From the NCBI RefSeq assembly GCF_030144855.1, contig NC_082731.1, positions 25,544,001 through 25,608,000 of the forward strand: 64,000 nt of DNA, in the 5' to 3' direction. The translations under genes were made by a program, and so were the position numbers. Below the pieces are notes generated by a model. It worked only from the letters and a program-made list of their open reading frames with translations, made no database searches and was not told the origin of the DNA. This document shows positions 1-11,399 of this stretch, one piece after another (positions within the stretch are counted from its first letter, which is position 1; every line of letters begins with the position of its first letter). The stretch comes from Hypanus sabinus. Lineage: Eukaryota.

Positions 1-18
1 ATAAACAGATAGCCAGTT

Positions 19-210
19 NNNNNNNNNNNNNNNNNNNNNNNNNNNNNNNNNNNNNNNNNNNNNNNNNNNNNNNNNNNNNNNNNNNNNNNNNNNNNNNNNN
101 NNNNNNNNNNNNNNNNNNNNNNNNNNNNNNNNNNNNNNNNNNNNNNNNNNNNNNNNNNNNNNNNNNNNNNNNNNNNNNNNNNNNNNNNNNNNNNNNNNNN
201 NNNNNNNNNN
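19..210. other. Assembly gap (N run)
   Basis: Run of N. Confidence 1.
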
Positions 211-424
211 NAATAAATACATGCAGAATAAATAAATAAATATATAAACAAATAGATAGTTGGATAGATAGGTAGATACATAATTAAACATCGAGCACAT
301 AGATCAACAGTCCTCGAAAGTGGGTTGCAGGAACAGACATGAGCTGGAGCGAACGAAGTTGAGTGACGTTATCAATTTCCCTTCTGGAGCCCTTTCTTGT
401 GGTTTAATGACCGTTCATGAACAA

Positions 425-1700
425 GGCGCTGTGGGTCTTAAGGCTCCTGTACCCTTTTGTTCGACGTCAGCAGCAAGACTGGAGCATGGCCGGGGTGATG
501 AGGGTCATTGATATTAGATGCTGTTTTCCAGTGACAGTGTTTCGTATACATATATTCAATAGTAGGGAGGGGCATTCGTCCGTGATAGACTGGTCCGCGT
601 CCTATACTTTTGTAGGATTTTCCCTTCAAGGGCATTTACGTTTCCATAGCAGGCCGTGATAAAACGTGACAATATACTTTCCACCAAACATCTATAAATG
701 TTTGTCAAAGTTTTAGCAAATCTTCGTAAACTTCTAAGGAAGTCAGGCACTACTTCACATTTTTGATTTTGCCACTGATGCTCTGAAATAAGCAGATGGA
801 AGAACTAAGAGTTGCTGACCCTTTCCACCTCCGAAGAGGACAGGGTAAGGGACATCCAGTTTTCTAGTACTGAAGTCACAAATCAACTCACTACTCCCTC
901 CGACATGGTGCGAGAGGTTGATCGCCGAGGTGCAACTCACACTGATTTTCAAACATCCTCATATATATATATATATATAGATTAGTCAACACGTTTAATA
1001 AGGAAAAATGCAGTGCGTCCTCATCAAAGTTTAAAACGACTCCGCAGCTGTCCTTGATCTCACAGCCTTAAGTGTAAAGCAAGCACGCAGGTTTGGTGAT
1101 TGTGGAGATTGCGGAGCAAGTCGAATGGACTTCGATCGGCAAATGAGGACTTTGAAGACCCGCTTGCAAAAAGAGATATTTAGGGTAATGTGCTGCCGCT
1201 GATTGTTTGATTTTCTCAGGATTATATCATGTAGTACTGAGCTGTGGTCGGTAAATAGCATCCTGGGGTGTACATTAATTTTCGTTTAAATGTTCCTGCT
1301 CTGACTCAAGTAAACAAGCGCCTGCTTTGGAAATATGGTGACAGGAGGCAAACTGAAGCGGATCCAATTTATCTTTAGGCAAGAGATGATGTTATGTCAT
1401 CAACCTCTCAAAACACGCCATAAGTTTTGATGTAAGTTTGCTGGCTTTTTTATTTCGCTACATTTTTTTTAATAAAATGCGTGGGATGTCATTAATTTCC
1501 TTCTTTTTTTTGTTTTAAGGCATTTTGGCAGCATATTCATCAGTTGTTCGGCAAGTGGACACCATGCTCCATCTGACTGACAATAAGCACTGCGAAAACG
1601 AGGAATTTCTTGATATTAACGATGAAGTAATACTACAGGGCACCTGGAGGGGAGAGACATCATCTCGAGAGTAATTTACTCGGTTTGTTCGCTTCCCTGT
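425..1700 (-). mobile_element. Rex1/Babar-like LINE, degenerate RT and 3' part
   Basis: Minus-strand peptide FLRSLRRFAKTLTNIYRCLVESILSRFITACYGN (556-750). About 1340-1450 reads LTSKLMACFERL...DKLDPLQFA, matching the LTS..MKCFERL...LDPLQFAY RT motif. (TA)n near 960-980. Confidence 0.75.
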
Positions 1701-1903
1701 ATTTGATAATATTTCATTATGTTCATTATTCATTTCTGTGAACACCCTGTTTATGCCTAACCTTAAGGGACTCAAAGGTTTTTCTTGATCGTTTTTGAAA
1801 TGGAATGCACATCAATACGTCTATCATTTCGCAATACAATACGTTTTTAAGTTTTATTTTTTGCGGGCGAGTGGTGGCGATGGGCGGGGGAGGCACAAGC
1901 TCC

Positions 1904-2072
1904 GCCTAAATTAGGTGGCGCCCAATAGCAATTGCACGTATCAATGCTACTGTTGTGGTGAAATTAAGGTCAAAGTCTGCTTTGCTTTTATCAGAATTCG
2001 ACCCTTACCTTCTGGTGCACCCGGCTTTGCTTTGAATTTGTTTAAGCCTCGTTATTTCACGTAGAGTATCAT
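1904..2072 (+). promoter_or_regulatory. Candidate V1 promoter elements
   Basis: GCCTAAATTAGGT (1904-1916) followed by CCAAT, ATCAGAATT (about 1990) and TCACGTAGAGTATCAT (2057-2072). All recur in the same order upstream of V2; the last two, with variation, upstream of V3. Confidence 0.55.
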
Positions 2073-2141
2073 TGTGCTGTTTTGCTTCAGATAGAGGAAG
2101 AGCCGCCGTTATACATTGTTAGTTAAATTAAAATCGAATCC

Positions 2142-2181
2142 ATGTTTTCCCGTATTTTCGTTGTACTATGGACGTTATTCG
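2142..2181 (+). CDS. TCR V1 leader exon (MFSRIFVVLWTLF, phase 1)
   Basis: ATG at 2142, hydrophobic signal peptide, donor G|GTAAGT at 2182. The 93-nt intron ends in TTTCAG at 2274, in frame with the V exon. Confidence 0.9.
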
Positions 2182-2274
2182 GTAAGTCTGAACTTAATTT
2201 CCATCTGTTGCATTTCCATGTTATTAGCAGCCTTCGAAGTCAGCACTGATTTTACCCTCCAAGTTCTGTTTCAG

Positions 2275-2578
2275 TACTCATTCAGGCAAATTCAGTGACC
2301 CAATCTGAGGCACAGTTGGCCGTGGAGGAAGGTGGTGATGTGAAAATGGAATGTAGCTACACATCAGGTTACAACAACCCGGACCTATTTTGGTATCAAC
2401 AACAAAAGAATCAGCACCCGCGCTTTATATTATACCGGGATAATCGTAACAGAGACGATGCTGATTTTGCAAAGGGGAAGTTCGAAGCGGATCTGACCAA
2501 CGTGAAGAAGAATATTCCTTTAACAGTCAAACGTGCAGATATCCAGGACTCCGGGTTATACTTCTGTGTGATGAGTGT
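2275..2578 (+). CDS. TCR alpha/delta-type variable segment V1, apparently functional
   Basis: (V)LIQANSVTQSEAQLAVEEGGDVKMECSYTSGYNNPDLFWYQQQKNQHPRFILYRDN...DIQDSGLYFCVMS. First Cys, WYQQ and DSGxYFC are all present, there is no stop, and an RSS follows directly. Alpha versus delta cannot be resolved by eye. Confidence 0.93.
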
Positions 2579-2617
2579 CACGGTGTTTTGATCTCCATCT
2601 GTTGCTATACAAAAACT
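2579..2617 (+). other. 23-bp spacer RSS of V1
   Basis: CACGGTG (2579-2585), 23 nt, then ACAAAAACT (2609-2617). Confidence 0.95.
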
Positions 2618-3769
2618 CAAAGAACAAGGTCAGCCGCTAGCAATCACTCTAGCAGAGAAACCCCCATGTCATAGGTCGATCTCAGCGACAGAAACACATT
2701 GCTTTTAACAAAATCGTTCTCTCCAACAGCACACCCACTTTGTCCTTAAAACCTCAGATCCACTTCCTGAGATTTGTGATTTCGTTTACCACAATACACC
2801 GAGAGCTGAAAGTAAAGTTGCTCTTTGATGCAGCTCTTTGGGTTTCAATTTCCTACTCAGTTCTAGACACTGCTACAGTTATTAGAAAAGAAGTAAAAAG
2901 ACAAAACAACATATTCCTAAATGTCTACGTGTAATAGCGAAGCAATTATTATTCACTTCTGTTGTGCTTATGTAATTACATTTCTTCTTCATCTCCTGAA
3001 AAATCTCCTAAATCTGGACAAAGGGAAATTATGTCATAGCTTTGTCTTGACTCTTGTTAGACCAGCAGCGTGTTTGCAAGACGGGTAAAACGTGTGGGAA
3101 ATGTCGTTGAAACCGTTCGTTTTTCCCTGGCGTTCATGCTATTCAAGAATCTTAATTTAATTTCTCTTGGCAAACCTACTCAAATTATTTGCTCCTTCAT
3201 ACCTTTGCCACATGCTGTCGAACAAGATATTCCGTGAGTTGTATGTTCTGTTGACAGGAAGCCAGACTGCATGACGTCTGAACAGAAACTGTATTAAATT
3301 ATGCCTTATTCTAATTACACACCTGCTTTCGGGACACAGAGGTTTACATCATCATGAGGTGGAACTTCGATGAGTAACAAAGTGAACAGGGCAACATTAT
3401 TCATGCTCCCATCATTGGTCTTAAAATTCTGAAAGATATCTTTTCTGAGTGTACGTATGTTTGTGTGTTGCGATGATAAATGTGCTTGTCTGGTTGTTGC
3501 AGACGGCAAGCTTGTGACAATACAGTGAGTCCACTTCAGTTCAGAATGCCAGTGCACGGAGTCTGTACACGACAAGGTGCCAATGCAGACATTCGAAGTT
3601 CGCAAAATGTGCAACTAATTAAGAAAGAAATCTGCGACCAAACTTTGACTATCTTCTAAGTCACCGGTCCCGATCTCTCACCCAAATGTATTTGCATTTC
3701 CGTCTGGAGATCGCCCGAAATTAAAAATGAAATACCGTTCATCTGGAAAAAAGGATCAAATTTATTCAC

Positions 3770-3879
3770 CATATAAAGTGGAATGCAAGAGTTTGAAAAC
3801 CCCTGGTAAAAGTCTCTGTTATTGTATATACCTAAGCGAGTGAAATATTACCTGATTTCTCAAAGGCATAAAGTTAAAA

Positions 3880-3932
<53 letters not shown>

Positions 3933-4850
3933 TGTGTGTGTATGATATTACACACACATATGTATACAACATTATCCTGTTGTAGAGGCCATCCACTTTT
4001 CATCTTCAGCTGTTTTATAGATGGTGTGCTGTTTGCTATCAGCATTTGCTGGTATTGAACGCATTGTTCCATCTACCAGTGAAATTTTCCCCTTTCGACT
4101 GTCTGCAACACAAACCCAAAGCATGATCGTTCCACCCCCGTGCTTAACAGTTGGAGAGGTGTTCATTTCATGAACTTCTTTTAGTGAAATCTTTTTTTCA
4201 AACATACCTTTGCTCATTGCGGTCAAACAGTTGTATTTTAAATTCATCAGTCCACAGGACTTGTTTCCAAAATGCATTAGGGTTGTTTAGATGGTACTTT
4301 GCAAACTAATGACGCTGAAGTATGTGGTGAGGACGCAGGAAAGGTTTTCTTCTGATTATTATTGCATGAATGTCATGATTGTGCAGATGTCACTGCACAG
4401 TATCACAGTGCACCATCACTACAGAGTCCGCTAAATCTTACGAGCAGTTCTCTCGGAAAGTTTTCTTGATCTTCTTGACCTCAACCGCTCCTCTTAACTG
4501 TAAATTGTTATTTACTTTACGAACTGAGGAAACGGCTACATGAAAATGATTTGCTATCTTCTTATAGCCTTCTTCTTCTGTTACGTGGGCATCAATCATG
4601 TTAATTTTCAGATCGCTAGGCAGCTGCATAGAGGAGACCTTATGTTGCTGATTTTTGGCATAAGGTTGAAGAGTCAGTTTATTTATCAAGCTTTGAGATT
4701 CCTATAGCCACGCCTTTCTTACCGATTAATGTGAGCAAGCCATTAACCTTACAAGCTGACTAAACTCTGAGAACTTAGTACAAGTTACCTGTGAGCTCAA
4801 ATCTCTTTGGCGGCCCAAACTTTCACATGGTGCTGCTTTCCTGTTCTGCT
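3770..4850 (-). mobile_element. Tc1/mariner transposon, degenerate
   Basis: Minus-strand PTVKHGGGTIMLWVC (3972-4277), WPLQQDN (an FQQDND-like box) and the HTH-like EEEGYKKIANHFHVAVSSVR (4438-4689). TIR-like AGTGGAATGCAAGAGTTTGAAAACCCCTGG near 3777. Confidence 0.85.
3881..3941. repeat. (TG)n microsatellite inside the Tc1
   Basis: About 30 TG units with one interruption. Confidence 0.97.
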
Positions 4851-5254
4851 CTCTAAAAGTCCATTCTTCAGGTCTATGCAGGACTTTACGATGTATATAA
4901 CTTCTCAAAGTAGTTTGAAGAGCTTACAGTGTAGTGCGGGGACTGATGAATTGGATGGAAGGGGGCGAGTTGTGCTATGACTAGAATGGTCCCATGTGCT
5001 CGCTGCCTGGAAAAAGACGCTTTCAGATACCGTGATTTTTTTAAATTTGTTTAGCCCTGAATATCATTTCACCTGGGGGTTTTCTGTTGAGACCGTAAGC
5101 TGCGTGGGGAGTGTTCGCATGCATTTTGCTTCCTGCCCGCTTTTATCGTTATAACATACAAATCCTGCAGTGAATGATGACGATAGTCATTGATCTTTTC
5201 CACTGGTGTAACCGTTAATTGTTATACTTGCATATTGTGACAGCCTGCTGCACC

Positions 5255-7335
5255 TGTCAAGGTCCTGACCGTGAAATCCGCATTCCGGTTACCAGCACTG
5301 TCCATACTCCTTATTCAAGGACTTCCGGTTTCTCCTGATTCTGTTGAGACAGCTGATTCTCGTTTGGACTGTCTTCATAAATAGCTTCTGGATTCAGCCT
5401 CTGGTTGCGGGATTGTTCCTGTCCATAACTTCTGTCTGTCTCCCTTCCCTTCACCTTCCTCCTGGAGCCTTGCCCTACGTCGCTTGGAGCCTCGCCTTGC
5501 CTCGTCTGCAGCCTTGCCTTCCCACGCCTGACGCCTTGTTTTGCCCCGCCTGGAGCCTGGCCCTACCTCACCTGGAGCTTCGCATTCCCTCGCCTGAAGC
5601 CTTGTTTTGCCTCGCCTAGAGCCGTGCCTTGCCTGTAACACTTGCCTTCTCTGTTGTAAAGTTCAACCACCGGAGCAAGATCGGAACTGTCTTTTGTTGT
5701 AAAATGATTCTGTTTCCACACCTTCTCTAGGTAGGCCTGGCCGTCTGCCGTTACCTTGCATTGAGAACCGCCTCGTCGTATTCTGCAGCATGTGCATGAG
5801 CCGGGCTCTACGTCCTGTTTCAAAGGGGGGATCCCGGCTCTGTGTTCAATGTTCCTGTCTCTCCCTCGATCCCGGCTCTGCGTTTCTGTCTCTTCCTCGC
5901 CCTAGTCAAGTCTTTGGGGTCTTGTCCAGTCCCAGCCATGTCCAAGAAACTCGTCCCGTCCAAGCCACGGCTTTGTATTCTCGTCTTGTGCATGTGCCTC
6001 GCTCCAGCACTTTGCCCATCCAGGTGCTGGGGTTCCGTCGTCCTGTGCTGAGGTTGCCTTGTAATGTCTGGGAGTCTCAAGTCCAGTCCTGAAGACTCGT
6101 CATATCCTCGTACAGTTCTGGAGACCCAGCTTGGGTCAAGAACTAGATTCTGGGTCCGTGTCCAGTCTCTAGTTCAGAGTCCAAAACCAGGCTCCCAGAA
6201 CCCAAATCCTTGTCCAGGTTCTGCTATCCCAGTCAAGTCCTAGCCCACTCCCGGAATCCTCGTCTCGTCTAGGGTCTATGTAATGTCCAGCGTCCCTTTT
6301 TTCGTCACTTCCCTTGCTTCCTTCTCTCGCCTAGTCCCGTTCCTGGTAGTTCAGAGTCTGTATCTTGCATTTGGGTCCTCTCCCAACGCCCCCTTTAAGA
6401 CAGAACAATCCAACCAGACTTGGAGCCAGCGACACAAACACTGTCGTTTAATTCTCGCTATACTGGGTTGTCTCCTGTTGAATGCCCCCTACCCGCCCGT
6501 GTCGTCCATAGTCTGAGACCGCCTTTTTTTGTCGACTGGAGGCTCCCATAGAGGGGAGGTAACTTCATGGTCCGGTCCGTGAAATCCGTACCGTAGGAAC
6601 TGTCTTTCGTTGTTTTCAACTGTTCTGATGTCCACGTTTTCGCTTGGTAGATCCGGCCTTTTGCCGGTATCTAGTGTTGAGAACCGTCTCGTCATATTCT
6701 GCATTCTGTGTATGAGTCCCTGCCGTACGTCCTGTTTCCAAAGAGTTTTCCCTGGCTCATGTTCCTGTCTCTCCATCGACCATGGCGCTGTGTTCCTGTC
6801 TCATCCTTGACTAATTCCAGGCTTCGGGATCTTGTCCAGTCCTAGGAACGTCGAAGGACCATGTCCTGTCTAAGCCACGGCCTTATATTCTCGTCTTCTC
6901 CATGTGCCTCGCCCAGCCCAGGAGCACCTTGCCCATCCCGGTGCTGGGGCTCGCTCGTACTGTGCTGAGGTGTCCTTGTCAAGTTGATGAGTCTTACGTC
7001 CAGTCCTGTTGCCTCTCCTCGTCCTGAAGCCTCGTCATGTCTTCGCCTAATTCTGGAGTCCGAGCCCGAGCCAAGATTCATGTTCTGGGTCCCTGTCCAG
7101 TCTCTGGCTCGGAATCCATGCCCAGGCTCCCTGTTGCCAGTGACATGTATTGGTTCCACTATCCTAGTCAAGTTCTAGCCCTGTCCCGGAATTCTTGTCT
7201 CGCCCAGGGTCTGTGTTATGTCCAGCGTTATTTCTTCCCCTCTTCCCTTGTTTCTTTCTCTCGCTTAGTCTTGTTCCTGGTAGTTCAAAGTCTGTGTCTC
7301 GCATTTGGGTCTGCTCCCAACGCCCCCTTATGATA
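5255..7335 (+). mobile_element. Internally deleted LTR retrotransposon (Gypsy-type): 5' LTR 5255-6402, about 160-bp internal region, 3' LTR about 6564-7335
   Basis: TGTCA start; both LTRs end GCATTTGGGTC...CCCAACGCCCCC...TAAGACA/TATGATA. Purine tract GAGGGGAGG lies before the 3' LTR. A 5-bp TSD GCACC is at 5250-5254 and 7336-7340. Confidence 0.85.
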
Positions 7336-7827
7336 GCACCAAACCAAAGAGCAATGACTGATTTGAATATGCTCCCTAGGATGTCAGTCTATGTCATATT
7401 CTGAGGAAGAAGTATTTTTCTGCTCATTTGTAACTTACTCTAGACATTTTTTTTTATTCTACTGTTATTTGTATTCTTTGTTTCCCACTGGCATTTTATT
7501 TTCACAAGGTGGAAAAATAGGGGTCGAGGTGCCCGTTCCATTTTTTTTTCACCTTTTCGTTCGGGTGGTGGGATTTTGCGATATTCTGCATGTTCCGTTC
7601 TTGTTCTATTGTTTGTGCGAGGAAAGAGGACTTGAGCATTGATGTGCCTGTTACATTTTGTTCGTTTTTTTTGTGCGAGGAAGGGGATATTTGGTCATAT
7701 GATGTTCGTGCTTCTTGTCTTTTCTTTCTTGGCTTCATACCTTCAGGCAGAAAAATAATTTTTATCTATATATTTTGAGAATAAATTAACCATTGAACCT
7801 TTGAAACTTTAAACTTTTGAATTCTAA

Positions 7828-8300
7828 TGAATGCTGCAAGAGTCTGCCTGGATTGGGGAGCATGCCTGATCAGAATAGGTTAAGTGAACCCAGTCTCTTC
7901 TCCTTGGAGCGAAGTAGGATCAGAGGTGACCTGATGGAGGTGTACAAAATGATGAGATGTGTTGATCGTGTAGTCAGAGACTTTTTCACAGGGCTGAAAT
8001 GGTTGCCACAAGAGGACACAGGTTTATGATGCTGGGGAGTAGGTACATAGGAGATGTCAGGGGTAAGTTTTTTTTTTACTCAGGGAGTGGTGAGTGCGTG
8101 GTATGGGTTGCCCGCAATGGTGCTGGAGGCTGATACGATGGCGTCTTTTAAGAGGTTTTTAGATAGGCACATGGAGCCTAGTGAAATAGAGGGCTATAGG
8201 CAAGCCTGGCAACTTCTAATGTAGTGACGAGTTCGGCACAACTTTGTGGAACGAAGGGCCTGAATTATGCTGTAGGTTTTCAATGTTTCTATGTTGTTAA
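7828..8300 (+). mobile_element. CR1 LINE 3' fragment
   Basis: LFSLERSRIRGDLMEVYKMM (the CR1 LFSL..RRLRGDL motif) followed by a CR1-type 3' UTR. Confidence 0.85.
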
Positions 8301-8709
8301 GTACATCCTGGCAGGTCCATTTTATCAACAAAGAAGATACTGGTCTCGCATCAGACCTTACGAAATACTAATGCCTAGCAACCAATAGCTTGATTTGGTG
8401 CTACCTTTAGACTTTTTCATGAGGAATTGGTGATGTGGAGGCACATGTTTCTTCATATCGATATGCATTACCACGGTTTTGAGAGATTTTCGCTCCAATA
8501 TGATCTGATTTATTCAGGACTCTGGATTGTTTTCTTCCAGATTCGACGCATCTGGTAATTACTCCAATGACAGTTGTTCGACTGCAAACTTTTTTAGTTT
8601 TAACAGGTCGATTCATGAAAGCAGTCATTGTTATATGGAGAACATAGGAGAAGGATGCCATAGCGCAACGGTAATGACTGAGCGTCATATACACTTGTGC
8701 GTGCTAAAC

Positions 8710-8900
8710 CTAACATTCTACCACTGTCCAAGGCGAAGTTGTTGATAAAGAGGCAGATGAGACCTGGTACGTTAGATTTGGAGCGGTTTTTCTTTCTTGC
8801 AGAAGCTTAGAAAATTTTCTGTTGAAGGTTGATCTGAAATCGAGAAACAGAGTCCTGACATATGTATCAACAGAGTCGATACACACAAGCATGAACTGCA
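8710..8900 (-). mobile_element. Rex1-like LINE RT fragment
   Basis: TYVRTLFLDFRSTFN resembles TYVRMLFxDFSSAFN. Confidence 0.65.
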
Positions 8901-11399
8901 CGGCAAGATTAACACGTCACCTGCCGTGCCGTTGGATCTGTAGCGATTTACAGCGGATCTGGAAATTCTTGAGTTATGAATTTAAGAGATGTCATTATCA
9001 GACTTTTCATAGACTACAATATGACTGACCAAAGAAAAAATGGCCTTTATCTATTGAGTCCAATGTTTGTTGATATTTTTGGTGTTTTGAACATCAACAG
9101 ATCTCTGGAAACATCTGGAGAGACAGCAAAACCGTGTCAATCCTTCTTCCTTGACCAAGAAAAAAAACAAAATTGGCTTGGGTTATTGCTCATGATCTGT
9201 CTATGTGGGCAATAGAGTTTTCCTTGAAGTGTGATCTGTGTGCCGAACCTGCAGCGGAAATATTTAAAACGATTTGGGAGGCGAAGGAGATGCGGCGGGG
9301 AGGGCAATTCTTCTTGTCATTGGAAATCGTTAGTTGGCATTTGCGAACTGATGAATAGTCAGTTTGTGAAATCTGCGTTACACAGTTAACTGAATTTTGT
9401 TCTTCAGCAATTCGCATTGTCTGCTCCAGCATGCACTGACCTTTTTTAAACACCCCTTTATCTCAACGTTTCTATATTTCCTCCTCCCCGGACGAAGCCG
9501 TCTATGCTCTTCTTTAAATCAGCATTTCATTTCTGAAGCTTGTGATTATTCACTTTGGGATTCAGGCAACTTCACAAAAGCTCATGCGGAAGGAACCGTG
9601 CTGATGCCAAATCAGTTTGAAGTTTTTGTCAGCCAATGGAATTAAATCAGTCTCGTGGCACCTCTGTGACGATATCAAGCTTCCTTTATTTTCTACAAAT
9701 TTATCAGCGCGGTTCACTCTTTGGAGTTTGAGTAAATGTGCCGGTTTGAGATGAATTAGACTGTGGTCGGAATGCCGAAATGAGCAATGTCTGTGACATA
9801 ATAAACATCTTTAATCCGGCTGTAGCAATCGTCGGAAATGTTACCTTTTTGAAACACAATGAAAGTGTTGTGAGAAGTCGGGAGTTCCAGTTTTAAGGCA
9901 GGGTCGTTAAAATCACCGACGATATAACAAAGCACAGATGAATATAAGCAGCCTCAGTAACTCGTTCTGAAAGCTTTTGTTGTGCCTCGCGCACTTTACT
10001 TTAGGAGAGAATTCAGACGCCAGCTAAAATAAATTTTAAAAAAATTCCAAATGAAAATAAAGGTGCTTGCATTTCAGTAATATTGCTTCAATGTTAGCTG
10101 TATAAATATGCATAACAGAAGTTTCGTTTCTACAACCTGGATTAATGAAGCAGAACACGGCACTGTCCCGAGCCTTATTTGAGATTTCAGGACAAGATCA
10201 ATTGCTAGTATCCATAAATCCGGTAGGCCTACAGCAGACTTTGTGACAGAAACGGCCAGTCATATATTCGTAAAGAAATATATTTGAGTAAGGAAGTACA
10301 TACCATTTGCTAAAGATAAAAATTTCTTGTTCCTCACTTTTGCTACATAACAGAAAACAGAAATTTTGCAAATAGTGTCTAGTAAAGCATTTCCTAAGTT
10401 TGACAATTGTACGCAAATATTTATTTATTTATTTATAAGTTTGGAATGATACACGACGGAGTGTGCCTTTCCGGACCTTCAAGCCGTGCTCCCAGCAATT
10501 CTGCAATTACCACTCACCCAATTACAGGACAATTTTAATAACAAATAATCGACCAAACTGTAGGTCTGTGCACTCTGTAATGACGTACGAGTACCTGAAG
10601 GAAACCACGGCAGTCACTGGGTGAAAGTGCAAACTTCTTACAGACAGAGGCGTGAAATAAAGCATGTAGTGCAACTGCTTGTGCTAACCTCCACGGCAGC
10701 GTACCCCGCTACTTTTTCTAACTGTCTTAAAGGCCGTGAAGTGTACGACTTGAGTGCAGGTGAGCAGAGGTTAAATAAATCCGAAACTTGCATCAATTGG
10801 TCAGAACATCCAAGTTGTATCATATTTGTCGAGAGCACAGGATCACGTCCCCTTAATATGTAGGCTGGACAGAACTATGAGTAAAAGCAGTTGAGGAATG
10901 CTGAAACTGGAGTCTTGAATATGTCTTATCCTGCGTAGACACTTTTCATCTGGAAGGAAAAGACTGCAGTCCTTTTGAATTAGTGTGGAAAGAAAATAAG
11001 AAATTAATTTTCTTTAACCTTAGCGAAAATAGATCAGTAAACAATCTCTTTGACAGTATTCTAGAAAGAAGATTAGAAGTCCTTCACATAGAGTAAATGA
11101 ATAGTTGGGTTAGGTTCATATATTGGCTACTGCACTGTCCTGCAGAGGTAGATGTTCTGCTTCGGTTTTCTACGGAGTACAGTTGAATACTGAACTTCAC
11201 TGTTGCTGAGTGCATGTAATCTCTACCTGTTGGTTTGTTTCCCTCCCACATTAATAGGTAAACAGAAGCGACACTAATTCAACCCGTTTGCTTTGGTCAG
11301 TTGGTAAGGTCTTTTCTCTATATTGCAAATGAGGAAGAAAGATTAACCGAAAAATGAATAAGAAAACCGGAGTGAGAGAGAAGAGACTGGGTATGAAAA

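Noticed and set aside
5344-7333. Many overlapping ORFs on both strands; also at 46428-47047 and 59381-60213
   Set aside because: They arise from GC-rich low-complexity LTR repeats and have no protein motifs.
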